A stretch of 64,000 bases of DNA from Octopus vulgaris (GCA_951406725.2 OX597839.1:16926001-16990000), one strand, 5' to 3'; positions 38,907 to 53,575 are shown, numbered from the stretch's first letter. The notes: generated by a model not told the origin, from the letters alone. Made by a program: numbers and translations.

Positions 38907-40414
38907 ATGTGTGCATGCATGGTTGTGTGTGTGTATGTGAGAGAAGGAGGTTGAGAAAGAGAGATAGACGATAGTTGATTTATGGTAAAAAAATGTTAAA
39001 TTTTTGAAATGCAAATATGTGAATGAAAAATTTCATGAATGGGCTTTTCTGTTGATCAGATCAACAGGAACACTCATCATCATCCTAACTGACAGTGTGC
39101 CAGTAGGTGAGCATGAGTGCAGGCTTGCTCGAGTTTAGTCTTTCTAATGACACAAGATGGATAGAGATGCTACTGCTGGAGTCTCATGAAAACAATAAGT
39201 CTGGTAGTTCAGTGGAGTGACAAGAAGATGTGGAATAATTACCCTATATGGAAATAGATAAGGGTTGACATCAAAAAGGGCATCATGCCATCGAATACTA
39301 CCTCAGGAAGTCTCCTACATTCAACGGAAGCATGGATAAAAATAGACTTAAAAGCAATGATGATACATGTTGCTTATGATGATATATGGACACAGACACA
39401 CACAAATATATGTATGTATATGTATATATGTGTATGTATAATATATATGTTTGTGTGTATGTATTTATATGTGTGTACACATACACACACATATATATAT
39501 ATATACATACACACTCATACACACACACATATATACACACATAGATATATATATGTGTAGGTATATAGGTATATATATATATACATACACACACACATAC
39601 ACACATACACATATATATATGTATATACGCACATAGTGATACATATACACACACATATATATATACATTAAATGTATACACATATTACATATATATATTA
39701 TACATGTATAGATATATACATTTATGTGTGTGTGTGTATTTATAGCTGTGTATGTGTGTGTATATATATATGTACTTATATATACTTACATACTCAGACA
39801 TATATATATATATATATACACACAGACATATATACATATATATATTTGAAATGAATATATTCCTTCTCATTCACAGTTGACAACCATCTTATATTTGTCT
39901 AGCACTCTCTAGTCTCTGATTATTCTGATAGACTTTTTAGTTCGTAGTGTAAGATAATCTATCAGTGTAAATAACTAGGAACAGATTGATTTATTGATAA
40001 AACACACAAATAAACACACACACACTCACGCGCACACACACACACACACACATACACACGCACACACACACACACATACACATATACAAACCCACGTGCA
40101 TGCACACACACACACACACACACTCATACACACACACAGATACAGACACAGACGCACACACACACGCACGTACCATTCTAATTAACGAGCCGATAGAAAC
40201 ATCTGCATTATCGTTTATGCCTTGTCTTCAGTATAATGTTCTAAGTTACTATATTTGTATTCTTATTTATTTCATGTTTTGTAGATATTTTTGTTGTTTT
40301 TTTTGTTTTGTTTGTTCTCTGTCTTACATTATGGATGTATGCATGCATGTGTGTGTTTATGTGAATGTGGGTGAATGTGTATATATACATATATACACAC
40401 ACGCACACACACAA

Positions 40415-40450
<36 letters not shown>

Positions 40451-41289
40451 TATAGATAGATAGATAGATACATACATACATACATACATACATACACACA
40501 CACATATATATATATTTATGTTTTGTTTTCCAGTTTCAGCTCTTGAGCTGTGGCCATGCTGGGGCACCGCCATTATATGTATATATATATATATATTTAT
40601 ATAAAGGATAATATAACACAAGGATGGAGGATAATAGGCTGCAATAGATCACAACATTTGTTTCTGCACAACACACCAGCAGAAGTTGGTGAGTTTATTT
40701 TAAAAAACCATTATAGAAGAACATTCTTCATAATTATTTTGAAGTTGAATATTGCTCATCAATGCGCGTGTGTGAATGCTTCATTAGAGCAGATTACACA
40801 CCTACATGCACACACACACACACACACACACACAAACAAACAAACAAACAAACAAGCAAAATAACAAAGGCAGCTATATGCAATATAAAAGCATAAATGA
40901 AAAATTCAGTTGTCACCAATTGTGACTGAGGGTGTTGAGTAGCACCTCTATTGCTAGAAATAAGAATTAAAAAGCCTTAGAGCCACAAGAAAGCACATTT
41001 TCATATTCTAACAGGGGAGATAACTGCTCCAGAGTGAGCGAGATCATTATATTAGTCTAGTTTTGCTTGAAAATTACAAGCTCATCAGTAGTGACTTCTC
41101 TGTTGCTAGATGGTTTGGCTAAATCCTGACTGTTTGTAAGTATATTTGCCATTTGAATCTTTGACTGATTCAGCAAAATGATAATGTGAAAATTATAAAA
41201 TAATGAAGGCAGCTATATGCAGTGCACAATATACGGAATTAAGAATCTGGTAGCTCTCACAAAAAAGCTCCTTTAATGGATCAGGCTTG

Positions 41290-42636
41290 CTCATCTGGTC
41301 AATGCAACAAGGATTGTTTGGAGTCATGAGGCTACATTTAAATTAAACAGCTTGATTAACCACCACTATTGCAGCTTGTGGGAACATGAGAATCCGCACA
41401 TTACAGAAGAACATCATGATAATTTACCAAGAGTTACATGGTTTGGTTTATCATGAAAAGGATTAATTGGACATTGTTGTTATATTTGGGGATGTGGAGG
41501 CACATGGCCTAGTGGTTAGAGAAGCGGACTTGTGATCGAGGGATTGCAGGTTTGAATCTCAGACTGGGCAATGTGTGTATTTATGAGAGAAAAACCTAAG
41601 CTCCATGCAGCTCCAGCAGAAGGTAATGGTGAACTTCTGCTGACTCTTTCGCCACAACTTTCTCTCACTCTTTCTTTCTGCATCTTGCAGCTCACCTGCG
41701 ATGGACCAGTGTCCCATACAGGTGGGGAACCTATATGCCAAGGAAACTGGGAAACCGGCCCTAATGAGCCAGGCATGGCTCAAGAAGGAACAAACAATAT
41801 TTGGGGATAGTCATTTTCTTTTCGCCAAATAACCACATACACTTCAGCTTTATTGTTATCTGTATTTTAGTGTCAAATCTTTCTTTACACATCTTGTGAA
41901 CTCTTCAGTGACTCTCCATCACAAGTCCCCTCTTCTGTTCGGTCTATTCTTTTCTGTTTTTATGGTGCTGTGCATAGCCTCATTTAATTTGCTGTGATAA
42001 TCTGTCATTTCAAGCATTCAAGAAGTCTTTGAAGATGTGAAGTTATAGTCCCAGCAAGATGGGGCACCCTCACACCACCATAGTCAAGTTAGGGCCTTCC
42101 TTGATGACATTTTACCAAACAGGTTCAACATAAAAGCTTCAGTAGAACCTCATCCACATTCGATACTTTTTTAGAGGGGGCGTTAGGAAGGGCATCCAGC
42201 TGTAGAAACTCTGCCATATCAAGACTGGAGCCTGGTGCAGCCATCTGGTTCACCAGCCCACAGTCAAACTGTCCAACCCATGCTAGCATGGAAAGCGGAC
42301 GTTAAATGACGATGATGATGATGATGATGCTTAAACAATTAAGGTGACAGCTGAACACCAGCAACAGTTGGCAAACTGAAGGCAGCCACTGAATGAGACT
42401 GTACACAAATACTATATGAAATGGTTCCTGGTGGTTGGGATTTCATTGCTTCATTTTATCAACATTGTCTGGATGAAAGGAGTCACCAGTTTGAAAAGGG
42501 GTATTCATAAAAAAAAATTAAACTTTGCCCCTGTAGATTCTATTAAATTTCGAAAATGAAATGTGTTTTAATAAACACTGACTTCACACACATTCAGTGT
42601 ATGTATACAGTGTGTATACATGGTTTTGGGATGTCC

Positions 42637-42638
<2 letters not shown>
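41290..42638 (+). mobile_element. Decayed DD41D-like Tc1/mariner transposase region with nested insertions
   Basis: [35 protein letters not shown] at about 41310-41450; QQDGAPSHHHSQVRAFLDDILPNR at 42051; SINE C inserted at 42177-42329. Confidence 0.85.
41494..41796 (+). mobile_element. tRNA-derived SINE, family E, full length with a 12-bp TSD
   Basis: Box A tggcctagtgg, box B ggtttgaatc; cctgcgatggac..gtccc motif reminiscent of V-SINEs; TSD atatttggggat on both sides. Confidence 0.9.
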
Positions 42639-42684
<46 letters not shown>

Positions 42685-42813
42685 GAGTATATGTTTATAC
42701 ATACATACACACACATACATACATACATACACATATACACAGACACAAATACAAATACACACATATATTTCTATATGTGTGTGTGTGTGTATGATACATA
42801 TATCACCATCATA

Positions 42814-42855
<42 letters not shown>

Positions 42856-42956
42856 TACACACAACAAAAGAAATATAGATATGTATGTGTGTATATATAT
42901 ATATTTGTATTTGTGTAGGTATATATATATATATATCTATATATACCTACACATAC

Positions 42957-42987
<31 letters not shown>

Positions 42988-43888
42988 CATATATATATAT
43001 ATAAGTATATACATGCATACATGTATGTTTTTATATGCATATACAAACTTACATATACACATACATATATACACTAACACACATATATACACACACAAAT
43101 ACACACATATATTAATATGAATGTATGTATTTAAAGATAATAATAACGTTTAGAAAAAATATATATTTCACATTTTTTATTTTTGAAGAGAAAAAAAAAT
43201 GTTAAAATTCTGAAACCATATATAAAAAAGATATATATTCGCAATAATATTTCTACATTTTCACCAAATATTTTGCAGAGTATCCTCATGAGAAGTGCTT
43301 TTTGGCGCATGGTTATTTTTTCTTGAATTTCTTTTTCTTTTACAAGTTTTGATAGATTGTGTATATTTTTATTGTCTTGTTTTATTTTTAGATTTTCTTA
43401 TTGTAGTTGTTTTGATTTTGTTGTTGTAATTTTCATTGTTTTATGGTAATTATATTGTTGTTATTTTTTTCATTTCTTTTTATTTTATATTTTCAAAACT
43501 TTTTACATCATGTATATGTATGTATGTGTGTGTGTATATATATAAGTTGCATAAGCAAATGTAGATATATTGACATGTAATCTATATACGCATATATGTA
43601 CTTACATATATGTTTATATGTGTGTGTGTATGCTAGTACATATGCATGTTTGTGAATATATATACATATACACACACATGCATGCACATATGTACTTGCA
43701 TATACACACATACACACCTATGCATATATATATATATATATGTATATGTATATACGCACACATATAAACACATACACACACGCACATACAGACTTGTATG
43801 CATATACACAACTACAGAAATATGTGTAGAGTTATACAAATAGTTACACCCATCCACACTGATATATGCACAATACACACATATGCAA

Positions 43889-43933
<45 letters not shown>

Positions 43934-44018
43934 CATGCATGTGTGTGTGTACATGTGTGTATATGAATATACACACACACACACATATAGAAACATATAT
44001 ATGTATTTATATATATAG

Positions 44019-44051
<33 letters not shown>

Positions 44052-44205
44052 TGTTTGTATATATATATACACATACATACATATATATATATATGTATAT
44101 ATGTATATATATGTGTGAGTATATATATATAAACACACACACACACACACACATATATATACATATGTTTGTATATATATATATGTATATATGTATGTAT
44201 ATATG

Positions 44206-44256
<51 letters not shown>

Positions 44257-44265
44257 ATACCTATA

Positions 44266-44317
<52 letters not shown>

Positions 44318-44454
44318 TCTATACATACCTGTTCACCACACTCATACACACACAATCACTAAATATATTCTGACAAAAGATGTTTGCGTATATTTAACTT
44401 CAGTTCTGAACTGTTATTTTTATAATGAAAAAAAAACCCATTATTTTAATTTTT

Positions 44455-44840
44455 TAGTCATTGTTATGGGTATTGTTGTCGCCATTATCATCACCTTTAC
44501 CAGTGGCAGTGTCATCATCATCATCGCCATTATCATCATCATTACATCATCATCACCATCATCATCATCGCCATCGTTGCTGTCTTCATCATGATGATCC
44601 TCATCGTCAACATTCCCATTACCATCATTAACAACACTACCATCAGCATCAGCGGTGGCAGTAGGAGAGACAACATCACCACTACCAGCATCATCATCAT
44701 CGTTGTCGTCGTTATTGTAATTGTCATCACTATCGTGATCATCATTAGCGGCAGCAGCATCTTCTTTACTGGCATCATCATCATCATCATCACCACCACA
44801 ATCATCATCATCATCATCATCATCACTGCCTTCATTTTCA
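44455..44840. repeat. Degenerate (CAT)n tract
   Basis: Direct reading. Confidence 0.9.
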
Positions 44841-45180
44841 TGATAATTGAGAGGGAGAGGAACAGGAGAAAAAGATAGGCAGAGGGACAGAGGGGAGAAA
44901 AGTTTAACTAAGTGGGAGAGAAAGAGACAGACAGAGAATGAGAAAGAAAGAGAGTGAAATAGAGAGATTAAGAGACTGAGAGAGAGAGAGAGGGGAGGGG
45001 AGGGGAGATGAGGATGATACCTGTGAAGCTGGCATACCTTAAAAACATTTAAAGACATGAAATGTTTGTCTTCATGTCGCTGTTACAGACCAAAAGACAT
45101 TAAGATTTTTCACTTGTGTAATGAATTGGATGGACAGCATTAATAGTTATTTGGAGAACAGAATTTCTTAATTTCTTAAG

Positions 45181-45615
45181 AGCACCATCCGAGCATGATC
45201 GCTGCCAGAGCAGCCGACTGGTTTCCATGCTGGTGGCACATAAAAAACGCCATTCGAATGTGACCATTACCAGTGTTGCCTTACTGGCACTTGTACCGGA
45301 GGCACGTGAAAAACAACATTCGAGCAAGGTTATTGCCAGTGCCGCTGGACTGGCTCCTGTGTGGGTGGCACATAAAAAACACCACTTGAGCATGACCATT
45401 GCCAGTACGGCCTGACTGACCCTTGTGCCGGTGACACGTAAAAGCACCCACCACACTCTCGGAGTGGTTGGCGTTAGGAAGTGCATCCAGCTGTAGAAAC
45501 TCTTCCAGATCAGATTGCAGCCTGGTGCAACCATCTGGTTCGCCAGTCCTCAGTCAAATCGTCCAACACATGCTAGCATGGAAAGCAGATGTTAAACGAT
45601 GATGATGATGATGAT
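45181..45615 (+). mobile_element. SINE family C with internal tandem units of about 66 bp and a (GAT)n tail
   Basis: Repeated ggtggcacataaaaa...ccagt...actgg units, then gtggttggcgttaggaag core. Confidence 0.9.
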
Positions 45616-46276
45616 ATATAGTCTGCTACATGTCTTTGTGGGTGAGTAACACCTTGGCATTTGGAGCTGTTGAATTTGTTCTACTTTATAAGATTCACTT
45701 TCTAAATCATTCGAAATGAACTGGAGTCATTCTGTTTATTTTTTGTATTTGTCTAGTAATGCTTAATGAAACAGTTTGAAGTTTTCTAAATTAACCAACA
45801 GCGTTTCTTCTTTCTTACTACAACAGTATTTCTCTTTAGTTGTTCAATTTGTCTTTTGTCTTTGAAAGTTCATTCTGCTTCCGTATAACTAATGTCTTAA
45901 TATTCATAAATTTTGATGATTCGCTGTGCATTGCAACATTTATAAAGGATTCCTTCATCATTATTGTTGTCCAAACAGTTCTTTTAAGGCAAGTTGTTCC
46001 CATACTGTAGAACAATGACACTTAAGTTTGATTCAATTATTTTCCTCTAAAACTAATAAAAATCTTTCCCTCTGAATCTTCTACAAAGTCTCTACTTTCT
46101 TACTGGAGTTGTTCTGTTTATCATCATCATCCTCATCGTTTAACGTCCACTTTCCATGCTAGCATGGACTGGACGATTTTGACTGAGGGCTGGTGAACCA
46201 GATGGTTGCACCAGGGTCCAATCTTGATTTGGCAGAGTTTCTACAGCTGGATACCCTTCCTAATGCCAACCACTCT

Positions 46277-46459
46277 TTAAGGGTATCACAAAAAACCTGG
46301 CTGGAAGCCCAATCATCAGAGTTTTTTTTTTCAGGGCTTATAAAAACTGAAGGATTGGTGCGAATTTGAGAGAGGAATATGTTGAATAAAAGTATAATTA
46401 ATTGATCTTCTTGTATTTTCGTTTACCCAAAGCTAGGAGCTTTCCAACCTCCCCTTATG
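46277..46459 (+). mobile_element. Truncated mariner-type MITE
   Basis: Closely similar to 47056-47247; left end replaced by SINE C (46120-46276, -). Confidence 0.85.
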
Positions 46460-46469
46460 TATGTATGTA

Positions 46470-46526
<57 letters not shown>

Positions 46527-46970
46527 TTATCTTTTCAGAATTTCATTCTGTTATCTTAATCGTCTCATAATGTTTTAATGTTCATAAATTCAGATAATTC
46601 ATTTGGCATCGCAACAGTCCTAAGAAATTCCAATGTTACTTTACCATGTGGTCTGCCGCAGTATCTGTAGACTGTGCTGTGGAATTGATTAGATAAGAGA
46701 AGTGAAGTGAGAGAGTGATTGTTTATTCCATTTGTTGACAGCTGTTTTGTAATTTGTGTTAGTTACATAAGTGATGCTCCACCATCATGCATATATAAAT
46801 AAATATATGATGATGAGGTTATATCCTAGCCTTAACTATGATTTTTCTCAAGAGCCTGCACCAGGCGGAGAGCTAATAGTGAGCTCTGTTTGATTTTTCA
46901 AACTGTATTCTTGTTACATACATATATATATACACATACATGCATACATGGACACACACACCAACACACG

Positions 46971-47015
<45 letters not shown>

Positions 47016-47029
47016 CGCACACATGTGTA

Positions 47030-47246
47030 TGAGGGGGTGCTGAAAGGTTTCTGGCTTTAAGGGTATCACAAAAAACCTGGCTGGAAGCCCAATCTTCAGA
47101 GTTATTTTTCAGGGCTTAGAAAAACTGAAGGATTGGTGGAATAAATGCGTGAATCTGAGAGAGGAATATGTTGAATAAAAGTATAATTAACTGATCTTCT
47201 TGTATTTTCTTTTACCCAAAGTTAGGAACTTTTCAACACCCTCTTG
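47030..47246 (+). mobile_element. Mariner-type MITE
   Basis: TIRs gagggggtgctgaaaggtttctggcttt / aaagttaggaacttttcaacaccctc; TA flanks. Confidence 0.85.
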
Positions 47247-47260
47247 TATGTATATGTGTG

Positions 47261-47293
<33 letters not shown>

Positions 47294-47433
47294 ATACAGA
47301 TATATATGCGTGACCCTCATACACACACACATGCACACACATTCATGCATACTTGCACTCATACTCATGTGTATGCACACAACCCCCACACACTCTACTT
47401 CACCTCTCACTTTCCCCCTCTCATGCATGCATG

Positions 47434-47957
47434 GAAAGTTTGTGAGGAACCCATTGATCCAATTTACTGACTTTTCCAATGGCACACAGGTGTTGATGAA
47501 TGGATGACTGACCAATTCCAAGCTTCTCTGCTAGTTCCTCAACAGTTACGATGGGATTTCATTCCACCAGGTTTTGCAGGACGTCCTTGTTGAGCTCCAC
47601 AGATCTTCCAGGATGAGGCTTGTTTTCTAGGCTGTAGTTTCTAACTAGGAATTTCTGGAACCACTGTTGTCACTATTGTCCAATCCCCATATACTGCATT
47701 GATATTCCTTGACACTTTCCGTGGCATTGTTGCTTCTATTGAACTAGGAAAGCAAGATATGCTGAATATGCTCCTTTGTCACTTCTATTATAGCCTTGAT
47801 GAAATAACTGTTAAAATGGAAGTGCAGTCTTCAAAACTTGCACAAGGTAAAATTACTGCCTGCTTTTATAGCAAGTTGATGCACATGTTTATTGCTCCAC
47901 CCCGACTTATAATTCGTGCATTTGAAAAAAATACATTATTTATGGGTTGACCCAATA
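47434..47957 (-). mobile_element. Mariner 5' half
   Basis: Homologous to 15740-16225; TIR cattatttatgggttgacccaa-ta; ends at the WVPHKL motif. Confidence 0.9.
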
Positions 47958-47985
47958 TAAGTATATATACATATATATATCGAGA

Positions 47986-48822
47986 TATGAGGGGGTACCC
48001 AAAAGAGACTGGAATCATGCAATATTATTTTATTCATTTAGTTTTACCTGTTCACACTTTTATTGCCTTCAAAGTTTTCTCCATTTGAAGCACTGCATCA
48101 GTCCAGGCATGTTTTCCACTGTTCAAAGCATTGCTGGAACTCTTGCGAAGCGATGCCTGTTAATGCCTCTGTTGTTATTTTCAGGACCTCTTCCACATTT
48201 GCAAATTCTGTAGTACCAGCTTTTGTCACCAATGATGACCTTTGAAAATGATCTGGATCAACTTCCGATTGTTCTTTTAGTTCATGACATGCATATTTTG
48301 CTGTAACTGTTTTCATTTGCAATTCCTCGACCAAAATTCATTGCAGGGATCTCCAGGACATACCAGCCATATCTACAAGTTCGTCAATTGTATTGTGATG
48401 GTCCTCCCAGATCAGTGCATGAATTTTCATTTGTTTGAGAGATTGACTGTCGCCCTGAAAAGGTTGGTCTTCAAGCGACAAGTGACCATTCCTAAAGCAT
48501 GAATACCATCTATAAATTTGAGTTTTGCTCATGGCTGCATCCTAGTAAACAGTTTGAAGCATGATAACTGTTTCAGCCACCATTTTTCTCATCAGGAAAC
48601 AAAATTTCATGGAAGCATGCAGCTCTTTCATTGCAGCCATCGCAAAAATCCATGATCAAGGGAGAAGCACTGCAAAACAAAGATGCAGCACGTGGCAGTA
48701 TTTCTGTTGATGATGTCAGTTGGCAAACTGGTGCTTGAAGGTCGAGTCAAGTGGAAGCCTGAACTACAATGGACTTATTCCACAGAGAACATTTCTGGTT
48801 ACTTTGAGGTACCTCCTCATGT
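47986..48822 (-). mobile_element. Internally deleted mariner element
   Basis: TIRs tgagggggtacc / ggtacctcctca; MSKTQIYRWYSCFRNGHLSLED (HTH) and EFQQCFEQWK (C-terminus). Confidence 0.9.
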
Positions 48823-48872
48823 ATGTAGATATCTGTGTTTCATGTGATGTGTATGCATGTATATCTATATCT

Positions 48873-48903
<31 letters not shown>

Positions 48904-49318
48904 TGTATACAATTGTACATATATATATATATGTATGTTGTGTTTAGGGCATTCTGTAATTTATCTATAATATGCATGTGTGCATCAGCATCTGTGGAGG
49001 GCATGAAGCCTTGGAAAATCTGTCACAACAAATTCTGTCTGACCCATGCAAGTATGGGAAGTTGAATTTGAAATGATGATGACAAAGATGATACATATGT
49101 GTGTGTCTTCATATATCTATTTATCTATATAGATATAGACATATATATAAACATATTTATATATACATACACATATTCATATATGTACATATATATAAAT
49201 ATTTTTTATATATATATATGTATACATGCATATGTTTATATCTTTATCTATCTGTCTGTTTCTCTCTCTGTATGTATGTATATATATATATATATACACA
49301 CACACACATATATATATA

Positions 49319-49409
<91 letters not shown>

Positions 49410-49482
49410 ACACACACAGATGAACAAACCTACACACCACATACATATATCTTCTATGCAATATATTCCTTGTTGATATCCT

Positions 49483-49520
<38 letters not shown>

Positions 49521-49724
49521 TACATATATATTTAGTGTTTTACAAACCTCTATATCTTATCTGCTGGTTCCGAGTACAATGTAACCATTCTATTGTCTTA
49601 ATTATTTAATACTAATTATTTCTATTGTTTGAAATTGATACACTAAACAATTAGATCTTTGTTTGGGGCTTCTTATGAATTATTTATCTGCTTCTGGTAG
49701 TGGTGGTTGAAATTATTATTATTA

Positions 49725-49766
<42 letters not shown>

Positions 49767-50239
49767 GTTACAGTATTGTTATTGGTCTGTTTTATGGATA
49801 TTATTTTTATTCTTGAAAACATCCTTATTATTATTGTCGTCATCGAGATTATGTTGTGTGAATATAAATGAATGTCTGTGCATGTGTGTGAGTGCATGTG
49901 CGCGCACGTTTCAATGTGTAGGTGTGTGAGTGTACAAATGTATATATAAATATATAAATATATATGTATAAAGTATATATACTTATATCTATCGATTGAC
50001 GTTTGTTATGTAACTGTATATATTTATAATATATATACATATGTATATACGTATATGCACATACATACACATATATAATGTATATGTATACATACATAGA
50101 TACACACACACACATACATGTATATATATATATATATTTACACATGCATATATAAATATGTTTATGTGTATGTATTTATATCCCCATATTTGTTATTTAA
50201 TAATATTATCATTGTTAGTATTACTATTTGCATTATCAT

Positions 50240-50279
50240 ATTATTGTTGTTGTTATTGTTGCTGTTATTATTATTATCA

Positions 50280-50340
<61 letters not shown>

Positions 50341-50375
50341 CATCATTATCATTATATCATCATTATTACTATTAC

Positions 50376-50418
<43 letters not shown>

Positions 50419-50420
50419 AC
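50240..50420. repeat. (ATT)n microsatellite
   Basis: Direct reading. Confidence 0.95.
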
Positions 50421-50854
50421 AGAATAATATCAATTTTTTTAAAGTAGCAAATGAACAAAGGGTATTATTTGATTAAATGAATGATGTCTTAAAATTTTAA
50501 TCCAAGTACTCTCTCGCACCAGCTGTGGCAGCGGCTGCTGTCGGAGGTGGTGGTAGTTGAGATGATAATAATGATGATAATGATGATGAGGAGGATGATG
50601 GTGGTGGTGGTGGTGGTGGTGGTGTGTGGTGGTAGTGGTGGTGGTTGTAACGTTGGTGGGAGTGCTACTGATAATAAAAGTTGTAGTAATGATGTAAAAG
50701 TTGTATAATAATGATAGTGGTGGTGGTGCTAAAGAAGGAGGAGGAGAAGATGAAGAAAAAGCAGATGATGATGATGAGGATGGGGATGATGATTATGTAT
50801 GGTAATGATGATGGTGATGACGAAGAATTAGTTGTAGTAGTAGTAGCGGTGGTA

Positions 50855-50963
50855 GAAGAAGAAGAAGAAAAAGAAGAAGAAGAAGAAAAAGAAGAAGAAG
50901 AAGAAGAAGAAGAAGAAGAAGAAGAAGAAGAAGAAGAAGAAGAAGAAGAAGAAGAAGAAGAAG
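50855..50963. repeat. (GAA)n microsatellite
   Basis: Direct reading. Confidence 0.95.
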
Positions 50964-51462
50964 GAAAGCTGGTAATACAGGTGAATGTGTGAAGATATTA
51001 ATTCATATAGAATTGACAACAACAATACAAGTATAACAACAACAACAACCTCACCACCACCACCACCACCACTATCATCAACAACAATTTTAAAGGAATT
51101 ACAATTCTATTTTTCCTGTTCCTCAAATATATTTGAAAAGGCTGAGGCGTTTCTTTTTTCACTCCATCAAAAATATGTCGTTTATTTGTAGTCTTTCATC
51201 TTCTGCTCGTCTTCTGTCTTTGTTCTTTCTCATTAGTTCATGGGCTGTGTTGTTGTTATTGTAGTTGTTGTAGTAGTAGTAGTTGTCGTTGTTGTAGTAG
51301 TAGTAGTTGTCGTTGTTGTTGTTGTTGTTTGTGGTGGTGGTGCTGGTGGTGGTGGTGGTGGTGATGGTGATGATAGTGTTGATGGTATTGTTGTTGCTGC
51401 TGTTGGTGGTGGTGGTGGTGAAAAGGGTGTTCTTGCTGCTGGGATTTCTGTTGTTAGTGTTG

Positions 51463-51497
<35 letters not shown>

Positions 51498-51743
51498 TGA
51501 TGGTGGTGATAGTGTTGATGGTATTGTTGTTGTTATTGATGTTGAAAATGGTGTTCTTGCTGCTGGTATTTCTGTTGTTGTAGATATTGTTGTCATCATT
51601 ATTGTTATCAAATCTCAATTTTCTCTTACATCATCATCATCATCATTCAAGGTTTTTGCTTCGTATACCTGGGTTTATCTTGTTCAATAATGTGCCTTTC
51701 CTTTGGGAGACAACAGGGTGTGAGAATACCCTATACCCTACAG

Positions 51744-52051
51744 CAGTGTTTCTCAACCTATCTTCCCCCCAAACCCCACTATAACTTTCCAGAAAAATGT
51801 ATACCCTCCACCCCAACCCCCTTGGTTGGTAGAAAACAACTTTATTTTTGATATTTTATTGCAATTATTTAATACAAAACTATTGGTAACTCTTTTATTA
51901 AGTACTGAGTACAAAAATGTACCTTATTGACTAAGAAGAAAAAACGGAATCACTTTAATGAGAACCTTGTCTCTGATGACTATGGCACCATGCCCTGTGA
52001 CAATTTTCGAAGCCCCATCGGTTGGGTGTGTGCCCCACATTGGGAATCACA
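51744..52051. mobile_element. hAT-type MITE
   Basis: cagtgtttctcaa ... ttgggaatcacag imperfect TIRs. Confidence 0.6.
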
Positions 52052-52074
52052 GCCCTTCAGATTCTATTTTAAAT

Positions 52075-52345
52075 ATCCTAATGTCCCTATTTTCTGTATA
52101 TGTTTATAGGGGATCTATCATTGTCATTTGCCATATTCCTATAGGCAGGGTAAGGCAGCACTTCCAGCCCCTCAAGTTTCTTGACTTCAGGCTTGGTCAC
52201 AGTAGCAGTGTTTGCCGAGGCATTGTCATGCTGTAGGAGTGCGCATCTTTCATTGATCAATGCTGGGTAGCAGGCTGTCAAAGCATCATAAACTCACTAC
52301 AGTTGTTGAGAGTAAAGGTTAGCATTTGCAGCATGACCATCTGTG
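52075..52345 (-). mobile_element. Mariner transposase fragment
   Basis: ALLQHDNASANTATVTK...LEVLPYPAY. Confidence 0.8.
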
Positions 52346-52482
52346 AAAATCTCAAATATGTTGGATATGTGGAAGAGAAAGATGCCTCAGTAGTAGAAAA
52401 TGTTCCTTGTAAACTGAAAATCTAAGAAATTTTTATCCATCACAGAATATAATACAAGAAATAAAAAAAAAATGAAGATAAT

Positions 52483-52900
52483 TAGGCGCAGGAGTGGCTG
52501 TGTGGTAAGTAGCTTGCTTACCAACCACATGGTTCCACGGGTTCAGTCCCACTGCATGGCACCTTGGGCAAGTGTCTTCTGCTATAGCCTCGGGCTGACC
52601 AATGCCTTGTGAGTGGATTTGGTACACGGAAACTGAAAGAAGCCTGTCGTATATATGTATATATATATGTATTTGTGTGTATGTTTGTGTGTCTGTGTTT
52701 GTCCCCCTAGCATTGCTTGACAACCAATGCTGGTGTGTTTACGTCCCCGTCACTTAGCGGTTCGGCAAAAGAGACCGATAGAATAAGTACTGGGCTTACA
52801 AAGAATAAGTCCCGGGGTCGATTTGCTCGACTAAAGGCGGTACTCCAGCATGGCCGCAGTCAAATGACTGAAACAAGTAAAAGAGTAAAAGAGAAAGAGT
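52483..52900 (+). mobile_element. Best-preserved full-length SINE family A
   Basis: Pol III box A tggctgtgtgg, box B ggttcagtcc, internal (TA/TG)n, tail cagcatggccgcagtcaaatgactgaaac plus (GTAAAAGA)n. Confidence 0.95.
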
Positions 52901-53214
52901 ATAATTGGTATGGCATTTATTCTGAGATTTTGAATGTTTCAACAATAGATGGGTCAGATATATTAACATGCTGAAAACATATAACCATAAATATAATGAT
53001 CATGTAATTTTAATCTGTATTACATGTGACCCACCTGTCATCTCTTCAAGACCAGATGAATAAAATAACCATGTGATGTGCTTGTAGTCTCACATAGTCT
53101 GAGAGAGATGCTTAGTTCTGTATTTTCTTGCTGAATGTTTGCTTACATGATCAAATGTTCATATTGTTCATTAGCTCACTCCCTCCATCAAACTGGCTTT
53201 GCCTACATAAAGGT

Positions 53215-53376
53215 GCACAGTGTGCTGCACATCAAGTGTCGATTGGGATCGCAGAACAATATCGTGAGATGAAGTGTTTTGCTCAAGAACACAACGCGTC
53301 ACTCAATCCAAGAATAGAGACAACAATTTCGTGGTCATGAGTGCAACAGCCTACCACTGTGTCATGCACCCTCACA
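53215..53376 (-). mobile_element. Decayed tRNA-derived SINE 5' part
   Basis: Minus-strand head followed by gttgtgttcttgagcaaaacactt (CORE-like motif). Confidence 0.55.
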
Positions 53377-53515
53377 AATCAAGCATGTAATGTAGCTTAA
53401 AATTGTATGATCATTATTTATATTTGTGGTTATGCTATATTCAACCATGTTAAATGACTTATCTGAGACATCTCTTGGAATAAATGTCATCCCAATATTT
53501 CATTCTTTTACTTGT

Positions 53516-53569
<54 letters not shown>

Positions 53570-53575
<6 letters not shown>

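Noticed and set aside
40174-40238. Minus-strand CTGAAGA enclosed by a cattata/tagaatg stem
   Set aside because: No GAAA or UH in the required positions.
41014-41141. Micro-exon candidates (ttctaacag|...|gtgagc and tgctag|...|gtaagt)
   Set aside because: Splice-like signals of this quality are expected by chance in 64 kb, and there is no supporting ORF.
41494-41570. tRNA gene
   Set aside because: Box A and B are present, but it is the head of a TSD-flanked SINE with no cloverleaf; the same holds for the SINE A and B heads.
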